In this document: one piece after another, positions 47,680 to 58,303 of the stretch
Numbering within the stretch: the stretch's first letter is position 1
Layout: every line of letters begins with the position of its first letter
DNA from: Nitrospinaceae bacterium
GTDB taxonomy: Bacteria; Nitrospinota; Nitrospinia; Nitrospinales; VA-1
DNA length: 64,000 nt
NCBI GenBank assembly: GCA_021604505.1
Contig: BQJC01000004.1
Coordinates: forward strand, 88,117-152,116
Direction: 5' to 3'
Notes under the pieces: generated by a model
Told to the model about the DNA's origin: nothing
Seen by the model: only the letters and a program-made list of their open reading frames with translations
Database searches by the model: none
Position numbers and translations under genes: made by a program

Positions 47680-48462
47680 TTGCAGTCACGGGAAAACATC
47701 CTGGTCATCACAGGCGAGGAGTTGCGCCATCAATATTTTGCCAATCAAATAAATGCCCATTTCCCTCTGGCCGCTATTTTCACCGAGGCTTCGCATTATC
47801 CTGCCCCCCCGGCAGGTTCCGAAGAAGAAAGCGGCGCCTGGGATTGGTTTTTTACCCGGCGCGCCCAATATGAAAACCGGGTGTTTGGAACCGCCAGTCA
47901 GCTTCCAACGGTTAACCCCCCTCCCCTCATACGAATTCAAAAAGGGAAATTGAATTCACCGGAAACCGCCGAGGCTATAAAAAAATGCCATCCGGGCTTC
48001 ATCGCCATTTTTGGAACCGGGATGTTGGAAGATAAAATTCTGGCGCTTTTTCCGGAACGAATCTTCAACCTTCATGTGGGACTGCCTGACTTCTACAGAG
48101 GGTCTTCTTGTAATTTCTGGCCCATTTATGAAGGGCGGTTGGAGAAACTTGGCGCGGCGGTCCATTCAACCAGCCGGGGAATCGACACCGGGAAAATCGC
48201 CGCCCAGACAACCATCGAACTGGATTCCAACGACGATGAACAGACCTTAATGGGCAAAACACTGTTTGCTGGAGTGAAGTTAATGATTTCCACGATTCAC
48301 AATTGGAGAAAAGATACCTTGCACCTTTCCCACCTTGCATCCCCTGGAAACTTGTATGTAAGAAAAGACTTTACTCCCCGCGCGGTTTTACGTGTCAGGA
48401 AGATGGTCGAATCGGGGGAATTAAAACATCTAATTCAAAAAACTCAAAGGGACAACCACTAA
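47680..48462 (+). CDS. Formyltransferase-domain protein
   Basis: NLH.G...YRG, VH.....IDTG.I; TTG start with AGGAGA RBS. Confidence 0.8.
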   Translation: MQSRENILVITGEELRHQYFANQINAHFPLAAIFTEASHYPAPPAGSEEESGAWDWFFTRRAQYENRVFGTASQLPTVNPPPLIRIQKGKLNSPETAEAIKKCHPGFIAIFGTGMLEDKILALFPERIFNLHVGLPDFYRGSSCNFWPIYEGRLEKLGAAVHSTSRGIDTGKIAAQTTIELDSNDDEQTLMGKTLFAGVKLMISTIHNWRKDTLHLSHLASPGNLYVRKDFTPRAVLRVRKMVESGELKHLIQKTQRDNH

Positions 48463-49490
48463 TTGCGGACCAGCCGAATGCTTAAAGTTGGGCTATTGTA
48501 ACCTTTCAATTCAGTCACGCCATAACCCCCCATAAAAAAGAAATAGCGCGCGGATTCCATTCCCATTTCCTCATTGGACCAGAACCCATACCCGCCTCCG
48601 CTTTCAAAAGCTTCCGGGTTGCCGAGAAGAAATTTCTCTTTTTGATCGTAAGCCTGCTGTTTGCCATTTTCATTATAGATCGCCTGATAGTCTTCGATAG
48701 TGGGAGCACGCCAATCGGTATATCCCCCATAACGTTGCTCGTTAATCTTTTCCACCCACGACATCGCTTCCTGCCAGTCTTTAGGCTGCCGCTTCTCAAT
48801 GATCCTGAAGTCACGGGTCATCCACACTAAATCGGTTTTAGTGTCCTTCGCCGTTCCGTTATCATACTTCACCCAGTGTCCCATTTTTTGGCTGGTGCTT
48901 TCCAGCTTCACATTTCTCGCCCAACTGGAGTAAGCTTCAAACGTCCCAAATCCCAAAGCCATGATCACCATGGCCAAAACCAGTTTCTTTTTAATTTGCA
49001 TCAATCCTTGAACTTGATTATCTAAATTCTGCGTTTGCGCCTCCAACTCCGCCTTTTCTGTGAGTATTTTTTCATGCTCCCCGAGCTGAGCCTTTAATTT
49101 AAGAATACGGTCATTCTCACCAACGCCCTCTTGAATGGCTCGAGTCAGAATCTTAAAATCCAACGGCTTTTTGACAAAGCGGAAAACCTCCCCGGTATTG
49201 ACCACATCCTCAATGAGCTTGGCGTCGGTACCGGCAGTCATTAAGATTCTAACGGTATCGGGCGCCAGTCCTTTCAATTTTTCGAAAAATTCCGTCCCCC
49301 GCATGGTCGACAGTTTGTTTTCGCACACCACCACTGCCATGGGTCCCTTATCATCGATAACTTCCAAAGCTTCATCAGGATCGGAAGAAACCAATAACTG
49401 GTAATTCTCACGGGCCAGCAGTTTTTTGGCCGTCACCACGACCTTGTTGTCGCCATCCAGAAACATTACTTTTTTATTGATAGATGCCAT
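48459..49490 (-). CDS. Receiver-like domain + coiled coil + TM + DUF1566 (Lcl C-terminal) protein
   Basis: REC fold (RILMT, FVKKP); DNGT..D..T.L.W, GGYTDWR.PTI DUF1566 motifs. Confidence 0.8.
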   Translation of the reverse strand: MASINKKVMFLDGDNKVVVTAKKLLARENYQLLVSSDPDEALEVIDDKGPMAVVVCENKLSTMRGTEFFEKLKGLAPDTVRILMTAGTDAKLIEDVVNTGEVFRFVKKPLDFKILTRAIQEGVGENDRILKLKAQLGEHEKILTEKAELEAQTQNLDNQVQGLMQIKKKLVLAMVIMALGFGTFEAYSSWARNVKLESTSQKMGHWVKYDNGTAKDTKTDLVWMTRDFRIIEKRQPKDWQEAMSWVEKINEQRYGGYTDWRAPTIEDYQAIYNENGKQQAYDQKEKFLLGNPEAFESGGGYGFWSNEEMGMESARYFFFMGGYGVTELKGYNSPTLSIRLVRN

Positions 49491-49708
49491 GATCTCTCAG
49501 TGTTTTCAGGCAAAAAAACTTTTCAACCGTCCACCACCGGACGGTGCGCACCAGAGCAACCCGGCCCAAACGAATTCGGGTTGTACCCAAAGGATAGCCC
49601 GTTTCGCAGGGCCTGTAAATACATAAGTCCTTATAAATCAATAGGAAATGTGGAATTCGATTGAAAAACCGCAGGTTGGATTGAGAAAAAAACAGGGGAT
49701 GTTTAGGG

Positions 49709-51994
49709 CTATTGCGGTTGTTTTACAGTCAGGGTGTTTATTTGTTTTAAAAGATCCGTCCGGGAGTAATTTCCCTTTTGAAAAATGCAGTCCACTTCTT
49801 TCTTAAGTTCTTTCAACTCTTCGCTCGAAAGCTCTTTGGCCGTGATAACGATGATTGGAATATGCTGCCATCGAACATTTTGACTTATTTCGGCAAGCAA
49901 ATCGTACCCGTTAAAATCCGGCAGAATCAAATCCAGAATGAGCAACCCAGGATTCTCCGTTTCCATCATATTTCGGGCCACATTACCATCGACCGCTTCT
50001 AACACCTGAAACCCTTCCCGCCTTAAAACACGGCATAAAGCGCCCCGGTTGGTCGCATCGTCTTCCACCACCAGGATCGGGAGAGAAGCGGATTTCGCCA
50101 CTGCCTTCACAGCCTCCAAAAACCGAACCCAATCCACTGGTTTGGTGATTATGTCCACGGCACCCGACCGGATGGCCCTTTCTTTTTCATTCTCAACCGT
50201 GAGCAGGATGACAGGAGTCTGGGCAAGAAAAGGGTCCTTCTTTATTTCCGACAGCGCCATCCAGCCATTTGTTTCAGGCATCATCACATCCAGAGTGATG
50301 ATGTCGGGCTGAATTTCCCGGGCCAAACGCAGGCCTTCCGTTGCATTGGAGGCCGTGGTGACGGCAAACCCTTCCTGTTCCATAATCTTCCGAATGAGAT
50401 CCAAAGTACCCGGATCATCGTCGATCGCCAGCAGGGTCTCTACTTTTTGATCTGAAGAAGGTGTGGCATCCACCTTTTGCAGTTCAAACGATGGGGTTGG
50501 AGAAACTTTCGATTCTTCTAAAAGGGCCGGATCTCCAGCAGGTTCAGAAGGCGGAGCGTCCTCAACCTTCGGGCCTGGAACAGAACCCGGCTCACTGGCA
50601 TCCGCCGGCAACCTGACGCAAAAAATGGTTCCCTCGCCCAGTGCACTTTTTACGGAAATGTCCCCCCCCAATATCTGACAAAGGCGGCGGCTGATGGACA
50701 ACCCCAAGCCGGTGCCGCCGTATTTCCGGACGGCTGAACTTTCAGCCTGAGTGAATTCCTCGAACAATTTTGGGATCATTTCGGGACTCATTCCGATTCC
50801 TGTATCGGCAATGGAAAACGTCCACCATTCGAATTTATCACGTGTCTCACTGCTCACTTTAAGAGAAACGGAGCCATCTTCGGTAAACTTGCAGGCGTTG
50901 CTGAGCAGATTCAAAAGCACTTGCCGAACCCTTCCCGGATCGGAAAACATCGTCTTCGCCTGCCCCTGACTGGTGACGGAAATGGTATTGCGGTTTTTTC
51001 GGGCCAGCGGACGTATGGTCGCCATCACATCTTCCACCAGACTCAGCACCTTGAAATCTTCCAGATTGACATCCATTTTTCCAGCCTGAATTTTTGAATA
51101 GTCGAGGATATCGTTGAACAGTTCCAGCAAATGCCGCCCGGAAACCTCTATGGACCGGAGATCTTCGACAATGTCCGGGCGGTCAAATTTTTTGGTCTCG
51201 TATTGAAGGATCTCACAGTAACCCAGAATGGCATTTAAAGGAGTGCGAAACTCGTGGCTGATATTGGCGATGAATTCGCTTTTTACGCGTGCGGCCCGCT
51301 CGGCTTCCTCCTTGGCAACCACCAGGGATTCCTCGGCCAGCCGCCGGTAGGCGATTTCCTGCTTGAGTTCGTGGGTCTGTTCTTCCAGGGCCTGGGTTCG
51401 CTTGTGAACAATTTCCTCCAGGTTTTTATTCTGGTCGGAAATCAGCTTGTTGAGAGCGACCCCCTCAACTGCGTAGGAAGTATTCTGCAATATAATGGAG
51501 AGCGGGTATAATACGGTTTCCTGAATATCCTTTTGCTCCTCGGTCAGGATTCCGGCAAACATCCCTCTCACTTTGGATTTGGTCGCTAAAACGTGCAGAA
51601 TTAATGTCTTGCCGTACCTCTTCGACTGGACCACCACCGGCCGGTTCTGACTGACCGCCCAGGCAAAACTGCCATTTTCAATCTGGTCTTCGATCTCTTT
51701 CTGAATCCCGGATTTTTCGTTCTCAGGGCTCACCTCAGCCAACTCAAAATCGGAACGTTCTTCGGGAACCAGAAAAAACGACATGACCTGAAAGTTCAAC
51801 AATTTTTTTAAATGTTCTTCGCACAGTTTAAGAATCCGGGGGGTGTCACATTCCATGGCGGCATCGTGCTGAAGCTCATCCAGAGAAGCCAGCAGTCCCA
51901 GACCATAAAGATTCGAGCGGGCCAGATTTTCGAGGTATCCAATGCGGACCTCCCGTTTGTCGCTATATTCCCCAGATTCCCGTTTCTCGCCCAT
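49709..51994 (-). CDS. Hybrid sensor histidine kinase with two receiver domains
   Basis: SHEFRTPLN H-box, NLLSNACKFT, DTGIG, GTGLGL; REC domains ITLDVMMP and LILDLILP. Confidence 0.92.
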   Translation of the reverse strand: MGEKRESGEYSDKREVRIGYLENLARSNLYGLGLLASLDELQHDAAMECDTPRILKLCEEHLKKLLNFQVMSFFLVPEERSDFELAEVSPENEKSGIQKEIEDQIENGSFAWAVSQNRPVVVQSKRYGKTLILHVLATKSKVRGMFAGILTEEQKDIQETVLYPLSIILQNTSYAVEGVALNKLISDQNKNLEEIVHKRTQALEEQTHELKQEIAYRRLAEESLVVAKEEAERAARVKSEFIANISHEFRTPLNAILGYCEILQYETKKFDRPDIVEDLRSIEVSGRHLLELFNDILDYSKIQAGKMDVNLEDFKVLSLVEDVMATIRPLARKNRNTISVTSQGQAKTMFSDPGRVRQVLLNLLSNACKFTEDGSVSLKVSSETRDKFEWWTFSIADTGIGMSPEMIPKLFEEFTQAESSAVRKYGGTGLGLSISRRLCQILGGDISVKSALGEGTIFCVRLPADASEPGSVPGPKVEDAPPSEPAGDPALLEESKVSPTPSFELQKVDATPSSDQKVETLLAIDDDPGTLDLIRKIMEQEGFAVTTASNATEGLRLAREIQPDIITLDVMMPETNGWMALSEIKKDPFLAQTPVILLTVENEKERAIRSGAVDIITKPVDWVRFLEAVKAVAKSASLPILVVEDDATNRGALCRVLRREGFQVLEAVDGNVARNMMETENPGLLILDLILPDFNGYDLLAEISQNVRWQHIPIIVITAKELSSEELKELKKEVDCIFQKGNYSRTDLLKQINTLTVKQPQ

Positions 51995-52003
51995 AAACCA
52001 TCC

Positions 52004-52849
52004 CTATAAAAAAACTTCTACTAAATCACCCACCTGACGATCCACCTGAGTCACGATGGAAGACAACATACTGGGCTGCATTCCAAGAATATCCCAGGCC
52101 TTGCCATCCAGGGGAGGAACAAAACGCTCCCCACTGCTTCCCTGTTCCATGGTTTGAGCCACGATATCTCCGACATGGACGACCGCCGCCTCAAACGGAA
52201 AGTTCGGAGCATTTGACGGGCTGTGATGATATCGAACCCCCTGGACCAACCGGTCAGGAAGATACCATTTCTTTAACAATTCAGCCCCCACGTCAGCGTG
52301 ATCCCATCCCAAAACCTTGCATTCCGCTTCATGCAAAAGCCCTTCATCCTTGTTCAATTCCAGTACCCGGTTCATGTCTTCCGGAACAGCAAGGAATAAA
52401 AGCAAGCGTCCTAAATCGTGAAGCAGGCCGAGAACATAAAACCGCTCCGGGTTGGGTTTTTTCAAGAAAGTGCCGATCACCTGTCCCGCCAGGCCCACCG
52501 CAATACTGTGATGCCAGAACGATTTCATATTGACGGCGTCTCTTGGAATCCCCTTAAAATTGTTGATGATGGCCGTCGCCAGGGCCAGATCCCGCAGCTG
52601 CACCATGCCCACAATGGTCACCGCATGGGTGATCGTTTCGACCTTGGAGGAGAACCCGAAAAAGGAGCTGTTGACAATTTTAAGCAAACGGGCGCAAAGG
52701 GCAGAATCCTTGCTGATGATTTCACCGATTTCAGAAAAGGAACATTCTGGGTCCTCCACCGCCTCGTTGATTTGATAAAAAATTGTTGGCAAAGACCCCA
52801 GTTGCACCGTACTGTCCACGAGACTCACAATGTCCTGAGTAGTATCCAT
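52004..52849 (-). CDS. HDOD domain protein
   Basis: LP....I, D.AL.ARLLK.VNS.FFG, FW.HS, GLLHDLG, HA.VG..L...W.LP; ATG with GGAGGG RBS. Confidence 0.9.
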   Translation of the reverse strand: MDTTQDIVSLVDSTVQLGSLPTIFYQINEAVEDPECSFSEIGEIISKDSALCARLLKIVNSSFFGFSSKVETITHAVTIVGMVQLRDLALATAIINNFKGIPRDAVNMKSFWHHSIAVGLAGQVIGTFLKKPNPERFYVLGLLHDLGRLLLFLAVPEDMNRVLELNKDEGLLHEAECKVLGWDHADVGAELLKKWYLPDRLVQGVRYHHSPSNAPNFPFEAAVVHVGDIVAQTMEQGSSGERFVPPLDGKAWDILGMQPSMLSSIVTQVDRQVGDLVEVFL

Positions 52850-52857
52850 ACTCCCTC

Positions 52858-53190
52858 CTAAACGGGCTCCATTTTTCTCAAAGCGCACAATTCCATTAGT
52901 TCCGCTACGGCGGGATGTTGCTTGTCAGCATATCGGAACAATTCCTCTACATGCTTTCTCACTTCAGTGGGAACCTTCTCCCAAAAGTTTTCGGGAACAT
53001 TCCCTTCGGTTTTCCCAGGCCCATTGCTGCCCTCGACCCCGGCCTCGGTCACTCCCCAGGCTTTAAACATTCGAAGATGCTTGCCGGTAATGTTCTCACC
53101 GGCGGATACGATCAAACGCCCGTTCCGATCCAGGACATCCCGGGCAAGGGTCATCCCCTCTTCTAAATCTCTAATTTTTATAGTGGCCAT
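52858..53190 (-). CDS. Small hypothetical protein resembling the N-terminus of HD-GYP proteins (DLEEGM.LA.DV)
   Basis: I.DLEEGM.LARDV....GR.I...G..IT...L..F..WGV; commonly precedes HDOD genes. Confidence 0.7.
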   Translation of the reverse strand: MATIKIRDLEEGMTLARDVLDRNGRLIVSAGENITGKHLRMFKAWGVTEAGVEGSNGPGKTEGNVPENFWEKVPTEVRKHVEELFRYADKQHPAVAELMELCALRKMEPV

Positions 53191-53397
53191 AGAATTATCA
53201 ATCCGGTAAAGATCAAGCTGCCTTCAAACACACTAATATAAATGATATCAATATATTAAGGGAAACTCGACCCTTTTGTTGCGAGCCGACCCAAAACCAA
53301 TTTAAAATTATATTTACAGTACAGGTGATAGATGGCAATATATACCCCTGAATTTCCCCAGCTTAAATGGGAATGCCTATTGGACTCTGGTTTGGTT

Positions 53398-53982
53398 ATG
53401 AAATCCTATCGACCGTTCAAGATTTTTACTTTAGTATCCCTCCTCCTATATTTCTCAGGGTGTTCTCAGATGCATTCCGTCACCATCAACCCGGCCCTGC
53501 CAGTGAGTCGATCGGATATAGGGCGGAACATCGTCTTGAACGTGAAGGTCATCGATTCACGCCCCAGCAATCTCATTTCGAACTGGAAGGGAAAACTTAA
53601 CTTTAGAAGTTTTAGAATCGCTCCCGATGAAGACCTTACCGCCGTCTTGCAAAACAAAATTGAAAACGGCTTGCAAAACCTGGGGTTTGTCCCCAAACGC
53701 AATCCCGTAAAGCAAACGCCGGCTTTAACGGTCGAAATCCTCCGGTTAAAAAGCGTTTACCACAAAAAAAGTCCCAACCTGGGTTTAAAAGTCGAATCGG
53801 TTTTGCGGGCCAGGTGCCAAAACATAAACCAAACCTATAAAATGGACTACAAGGAGCGGTTGACCCGGAATCCCATTATCCCCACATCGTTTCCCAATGA
53901 AACCCTGGTCAATGCTTCCCTTTCAGGGTCCTTAAAGAAAATGTTTTCCGACAAACAGCTCCTCCATTGCCTGGCCAGATGA
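53398..53982 (+). CDS. YajG-like lipoprotein
   Basis: Lipobox FSGC, V.DSRP, L.N.GF, L.VEI..L. Confidence 0.6.
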   Translation: MKSYRPFKIFTLVSLLLYFSGCSQMHSVTINPALPVSRSDIGRNIVLNVKVIDSRPSNLISNWKGKLNFRSFRIAPDEDLTAVLQNKIENGLQNLGFVPKRNPVKQTPALTVEILRLKSVYHKKSPNLGLKVESVLRARCQNINQTYKMDYKERLTRNPIIPTSFPNETLVNASLSGSLKKMFSDKQLLHCLAR

Positions 53983-54247
53983 TTCAAAAACCTTCTATGA
54001 CGTCCATTTTGGCACTCCTGGAAAAACCAGCGCCCTCAGGGTTTAGCACTCAAAAGATTCCCCAGCCTTCTAATTACTTGAAGGTGCGGCAAAAATTTAC
54101 TATTGTTTGCTAGCGATTAAAAAAATAACCTGAACCAATCGCTTTTGGTCAAAATGATACGGAGGTTTTATTCAATGAACTAGGAATCGGATTTCCCGTA
54201 ACCGCGCGAATCCCCCCATCCGTTCCGATCGCAGGAGGAAAAGTATA

Positions 54248-55483
54248 ATGGACAAGGAAATAGTTGCACTCAGCAACAGCGGCGATGTGCTGTTCATGAT
54301 GCTGGGGGCGGTCATGGTTTTTGCCATGCACGGTGGGTTTGCATTTCTTGAAGTTGGAACGGTCCGCAAAAAAAATCAGGTGAACGCCCTGGTGAAAATA
54401 CTTTCTGATTTCGCCATATGCACCATTATTTATTTCACCATCGGTTATGCAATCGCTTACGGAGTTTCTTTTTATCAATCCGCACCCGATCTGGTGGGAA
54501 ACAACCAGGGGTACGAGCTGGTTCACTTTTTCTTTTTACTCACCTTTGCGGCGGCAATTCCGGCGATCATTTCCGGAGGAATCGCCGAACGCGCCAAATT
54601 CTGGACCCAGGCCCTGGCCGCAGGCATTTTCGTGGCCTTCGTCTATCCGTTCTTTGAGGGAATGGTCTGGGGACAAATCACCTTGCTAGGCCAGGACGAC
54701 TCCTGGCTTGCGGGAATATCCGGTGGCATCCCTTTCCACGATTATGCAGGGTCAGTGGTGGTGCATTCAGTGGGCGGCTGGATCGCTCTGGCGGCGGTCC
54801 TCGTTCTGGGGCCACGGATAGGACGCTGGGATTCCAATGGAAGAAGCCGGCCCCTTCCCATCAGCAGTGTGCCTTTCATGGCCCTAGGAAGCTGGATGCT
54901 TTGCATCGGATGGTTTGGATTCAACGTCATGTCAGCCGCTACAATGGATGGGATTACCGGTCTTGTGGCAATCAATTCCTTATTCGCCATGGCGGGAGGA
55001 ATCCTGGTTGCTTTGGTGGTATCGAAAAACGATCCCGGTTTTATTCACAACGGAGCTCTGGCGGGCCTGGTTGCCATTTGCGCCGGATCGGATAAGGTCC
55101 ATCCCCTGGGCGCCTTTATCATAGGCGGAATTGCCGCTGTTATCTTTGTGAAGGGGTTCACCTGGGAACAGGAAAAACTGAAGATCGACGATGTGCTGGG
55201 AGTCTGGCCCTTACACGGCATCTCCGGCACCTGGGGCGGGATCGCCTGCGGCATCTTTGGGCAAGAAGCTTTAGGCGGCATGGGCGGTGTCAGCCTGGTC
55301 GCCCAAACGGTCGGTTCGCTGGTCGCCATCGTCATTTCCCTGGGGTTTGGATTCGCGGTTTACAAAGTTCTGGATGCCTCTTTTGGAATCCGGCTTTCCC
55401 CTGAAGAAGAAATGCGGGGTTCCGACCTCACCATTCACAAACTGGAGGCTAACCCTGAGGACATCTCGGCGCGGTTCATGTAA
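54248..55483 (+). CDS. amt: Ammonium transporter
   Basis: MH.GFAFLE.G.VR.KN, ISG.IAER, DYAGSVVVH, GWFGFN, NG.LAGLVAI, DD.LGV..LH (twin His). Confidence 0.95.
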   Translation: MDKEIVALSNSGDVLFMMLGAVMVFAMHGGFAFLEVGTVRKKNQVNALVKILSDFAICTIIYFTIGYAIAYGVSFYQSAPDLVGNNQGYELVHFFFLLTFAAAIPAIISGGIAERAKFWTQALAAGIFVAFVYPFFEGMVWGQITLLGQDDSWLAGISGGIPFHDYAGSVVVHSVGGWIALAAVLVLGPRIGRWDSNGRSRPLPISSVPFMALGSWMLCIGWFGFNVMSAATMDGITGLVAINSLFAMAGGILVALVVSKNDPGFIHNGALAGLVAICAGSDKVHPLGAFIIGGIAAVIFVKGFTWEQEKLKIDDVLGVWPLHGISGTWGGIACGIFGQEALGGMGGVSLVAQTVGSLVAIVISLGFGFAVYKVLDASFGIRLSPEEEMRGSDLTIHKLEANPEDISARFM

Positions 55484-55507
55484 CGCATCTCTTAAAGAGG
55501 TAGGACC

Positions 55508-57805
55508 ATGAAATTTCATGGGGCGGTCGCTCTATGCCTCTATTGTCTGATAATCGGTATCGCCCTGCCCTCGCAGGCTTTTGAAGACAAGATTGAGAGT
55601 TATAAAAAAGCCATTGAGGCCGATCCCAACGATTATGCCCCGCATTTTGCATTGGGGCAGATCTATCAGACCCTGGGACTGCACGAAGAGGCTATTTTCG
55701 AATATAAGGAAACCCTTCGTCTCGAGCCTCTTTTTTCGGCGGCTTATCACGGCCTTGGCGGCAGTTACGGCGAACTGGAACGATTCAAGGAGTCAGAGGC
55801 GGCCTACCTGGAAGCCACCCGCCTCGACCCCAACTATGCGGAGGGTCAATACGGTCTGGGCTGGGTGTACAGCAAGTTGGGCAAGTGCAAAAAGGCTCTG
55901 GAACCCTTAAAGGTCGCCATCAGCTTAAAGCCCGATTTGACCGCGGCCCACTATACGTTGGGCCACTGTTACGCCGAGCTCGGCCAGCCTGAGAAAGCCA
56001 TCGAGGAGTTCAACGAAACCCTGCAATTGACTCCTCTTTATTTCGAGGCGCATCTGGGCCTGGGTCATAGTTACCTGCTCCTGAAAAAATACGGCGACGC
56101 GATCGCCGCTTTTCAGGAAGCCCTTGAAATCAATCCCGGTTTTCATGAAGCGCTCACCGGAATCGGACAGGCTCATATTCAATCCGGGCGTTATCAAGAC
56201 GCCCTCGAACCTCTAAAGTCCGCGCTATTGATCAACCCCAAAGACGACAAAGCCTACGAAGCGTTGGGAGAAGCCTACCAAAAGCTGAAGAATCATCAAA
56301 AAGCTCTGAATGCATTTCAAAGTTTTGTCAAAATCAAATACCAGAATCCCGTGGCACATTATAAGCTGGGACAGGCCTACGCCAATCTGGGCCAGACTCA
56401 AAAAGCCATCAAAAGTTTTGAAAACGCCGTCAAATGGAACCGGGATTACGCCGCCGCCTATTTCAAAATCGCCTGGCTTCACCAAAAAACCAGGCAATAT
56501 CCCCTGGCCCTGAAAAATTATCAGGAAGTGGTCCGCATCCAGAAGAACAACAGCCGGGCGTATTTTAATATGGGAACCATTCACGAGCAGATGAAGCGCT
56601 ACAATCTGGCGGCGGATGCTTACAAGCAGGTCCTTAAAATCAACCCAAAGCACCCATCGGCGCACCAGCGGTTGGGAGAAAATTACCTGAAATTGAAATG
56701 GTACGAACCTGCACGCGATCAATTCCAACACGCCGTCGTCATCGATCCAAAATCCGCTGACATGCAATACAATCTTGGACTCACCTATATTGAATTACAG
56801 CAATACCGGAAAGCCATCAAACCGTTGACCACCGCCGTCAAACTGAATCCCAAACACCCCGACGCTCATTTCGAACTGGGGTTTGCGCACGTCAATCTGA
56901 AACAATACCAGAAAGCTCTGAAACCTTTGAACCAGGCCGCCAAAAACGACCCTGAAAACCCGCTGACCCGGTTGAGTCTCGGCATCTCCTACAGTGAGCT
57001 CGGACGCTACAAGGAAGCCCTGCCGCATTTGGAAAAGTCCATTCAAATCGCTCCCAACATCTCCAAGGCTCAATTTTTTCTGGGAATGGCCTACGCGCGA
57101 TCGGGCCGGTTTGAAGACGCCGTGGAACCCTTAAAGGCGGCTATCTCCCTGACCCCCGATTTTCTTGAGGGATACGACCGACTGGGAGCGGTATTGGTGG
57201 AATTGAAACGCTATGACAGCGCCATCAAAATTTACCAGGCCGGAACCAAACTCGACCCCAGGTTTCTGAACGGCTTCATCAATCAGGGTTCCATCCACAC
57301 CCTGCTCGAAAACCATGAAGAAGCCCTTAAAAATTTTGCAGAGGTGATTCGAATCGATCCGAACCACATTCAGGCCCACTATAAAACAGGACTCATCTAC
57401 GACGTGCTCGGGCGGTTCGATGAATCCATTGAAAAATATAAAAAAGTCATTGCAATCGACCCCACCTTTGCGGATGCCTACTCCAGCTTGGGCTGGGCCT
57501 ATCTGGAAATGAACCGCCCCCTGGAAGCCGTCGCCCCCCTCAAACAAGCCATTCGTTTGAATCCCGCCAACGCCAACGCATATTTCAACCTGGGTTGGGC
57601 GTACGGCGAAACCAAAAATTTCAAGGAAGCGACCCGTCAGTTTGAAGAGGCCATTCGTTTGAATCCCAACCACAGCGGGGCGCAGGAACGATTGGAACTG
57701 GCGAAAAGAAAGTTGAATGGAGATGTAAAAGACAATGGGAAAAACCCCACAAAAACCCGAAAAACCCGAAAACCGGGTCATCCGGTGATCATCATCACGC
57801 CCTGA
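55508..57805 (+). CDS. Secreted tetratricopeptide repeat protein (~20 TPRs)
   Basis: Signal peptide followed by continuous 34-aa A...LG..Y...G...A repeats. Confidence 0.9.
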   Translation: MKFHGAVALCLYCLIIGIALPSQAFEDKIESYKKAIEADPNDYAPHFALGQIYQTLGLHEEAIFEYKETLRLEPLFSAAYHGLGGSYGELERFKESEAAYLEATRLDPNYAEGQYGLGWVYSKLGKCKKALEPLKVAISLKPDLTAAHYTLGHCYAELGQPEKAIEEFNETLQLTPLYFEAHLGLGHSYLLLKKYGDAIAAFQEALEINPGFHEALTGIGQAHIQSGRYQDALEPLKSALLINPKDDKAYEALGEAYQKLKNHQKALNAFQSFVKIKYQNPVAHYKLGQAYANLGQTQKAIKSFENAVKWNRDYAAAYFKIAWLHQKTRQYPLALKNYQEVVRIQKNNSRAYFNMGTIHEQMKRYNLAADAYKQVLKINPKHPSAHQRLGENYLKLKWYEPARDQFQHAVVIDPKSADMQYNLGLTYIELQQYRKAIKPLTTAVKLNPKHPDAHFELGFAHVNLKQYQKALKPLNQAAKNDPENPLTRLSLGISYSELGRYKEALPHLEKSIQIAPNISKAQFFLGMAYARSGRFEDAVEPLKAAISLTPDFLEGYDRLGAVLVELKRYDSAIKIYQAGTKLDPRFLNGFINQGSIHTLLENHEEALKNFAEVIRIDPNHIQAHYKTGLIYDVLGRFDESIEKYKKVIAIDPTFADAYSSLGWAYLEMNRPLEAVAPLKQAIRLNPANANAYFNLGWAYGETKNFKEATRQFEEAIRLNPNHSGAQERLELAKRKLNGDVKDNGKNPTKTRKTRKPGHPVIIITP

Positions 57806-58130
57806 ATTCCGGCAAGGAATTATCCTTCCAGGGAAGCCTCACGATCAAAAACCGCTCAGACCCATTGTCAATCAAATAACCTCAGCAAAACAAATGGATT
57901 ACCGTTTTTCCCGGTCTTGAAAAAGGCGAACGTCGCCTAAGGAGTGCAACATCCGATTGGTCTTAAAAGTGTCTATCCGGTAACCGGAAAAACCCTCAAT
58001 AGAAATAAAAAATCGCTGAAGAAAAAGGTTTTCAACTCAGTATTTTGCGAGGCGCCATTTCGATCAAAGACTTTTACCAAGGGCCTTCAAAACAAAGGAG
58101 TTTTACCTCATCAGGGAATCAATAAATAAG

Positions 58131-58160
58131 TTGACATAAATTAAACTCTGCCTTTATACT
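58131..58160 (+). promoter_or_regulatory. Sigma70-type promoter for nuoE-nuoG-nuoD
   Basis: TTGACA-18 bp-TATACT. Confidence 0.65.
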
Positions 58161-58303
58161 TCCCCCTCCACCCCGTAGTTCGTGGAAGCGCGGCAGAAAA
58201 ATAAACTCAAACCTCATGAAGACAGGGTTTTTAATTTATCAGTTTAACCCCGAAAGTCTTTTATAATAGATACCAATATTTTCTTATAAAAGAGTGATCC
58301 TTT

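Noticed and set aside
49491..49708. Two hairpins (CAACCCG/CGGGTTG and ACCGTCC/GGACGGT) as a riboswitch
   Set aside because: No recognisable aptamer consensus; more simply terminator or processing stems
54000..54247. Sigma54/NtrC promoter for amt (TTGGCAC near 54009)
   Set aside because: The required -12 TTGC element is absent at the correct spacing
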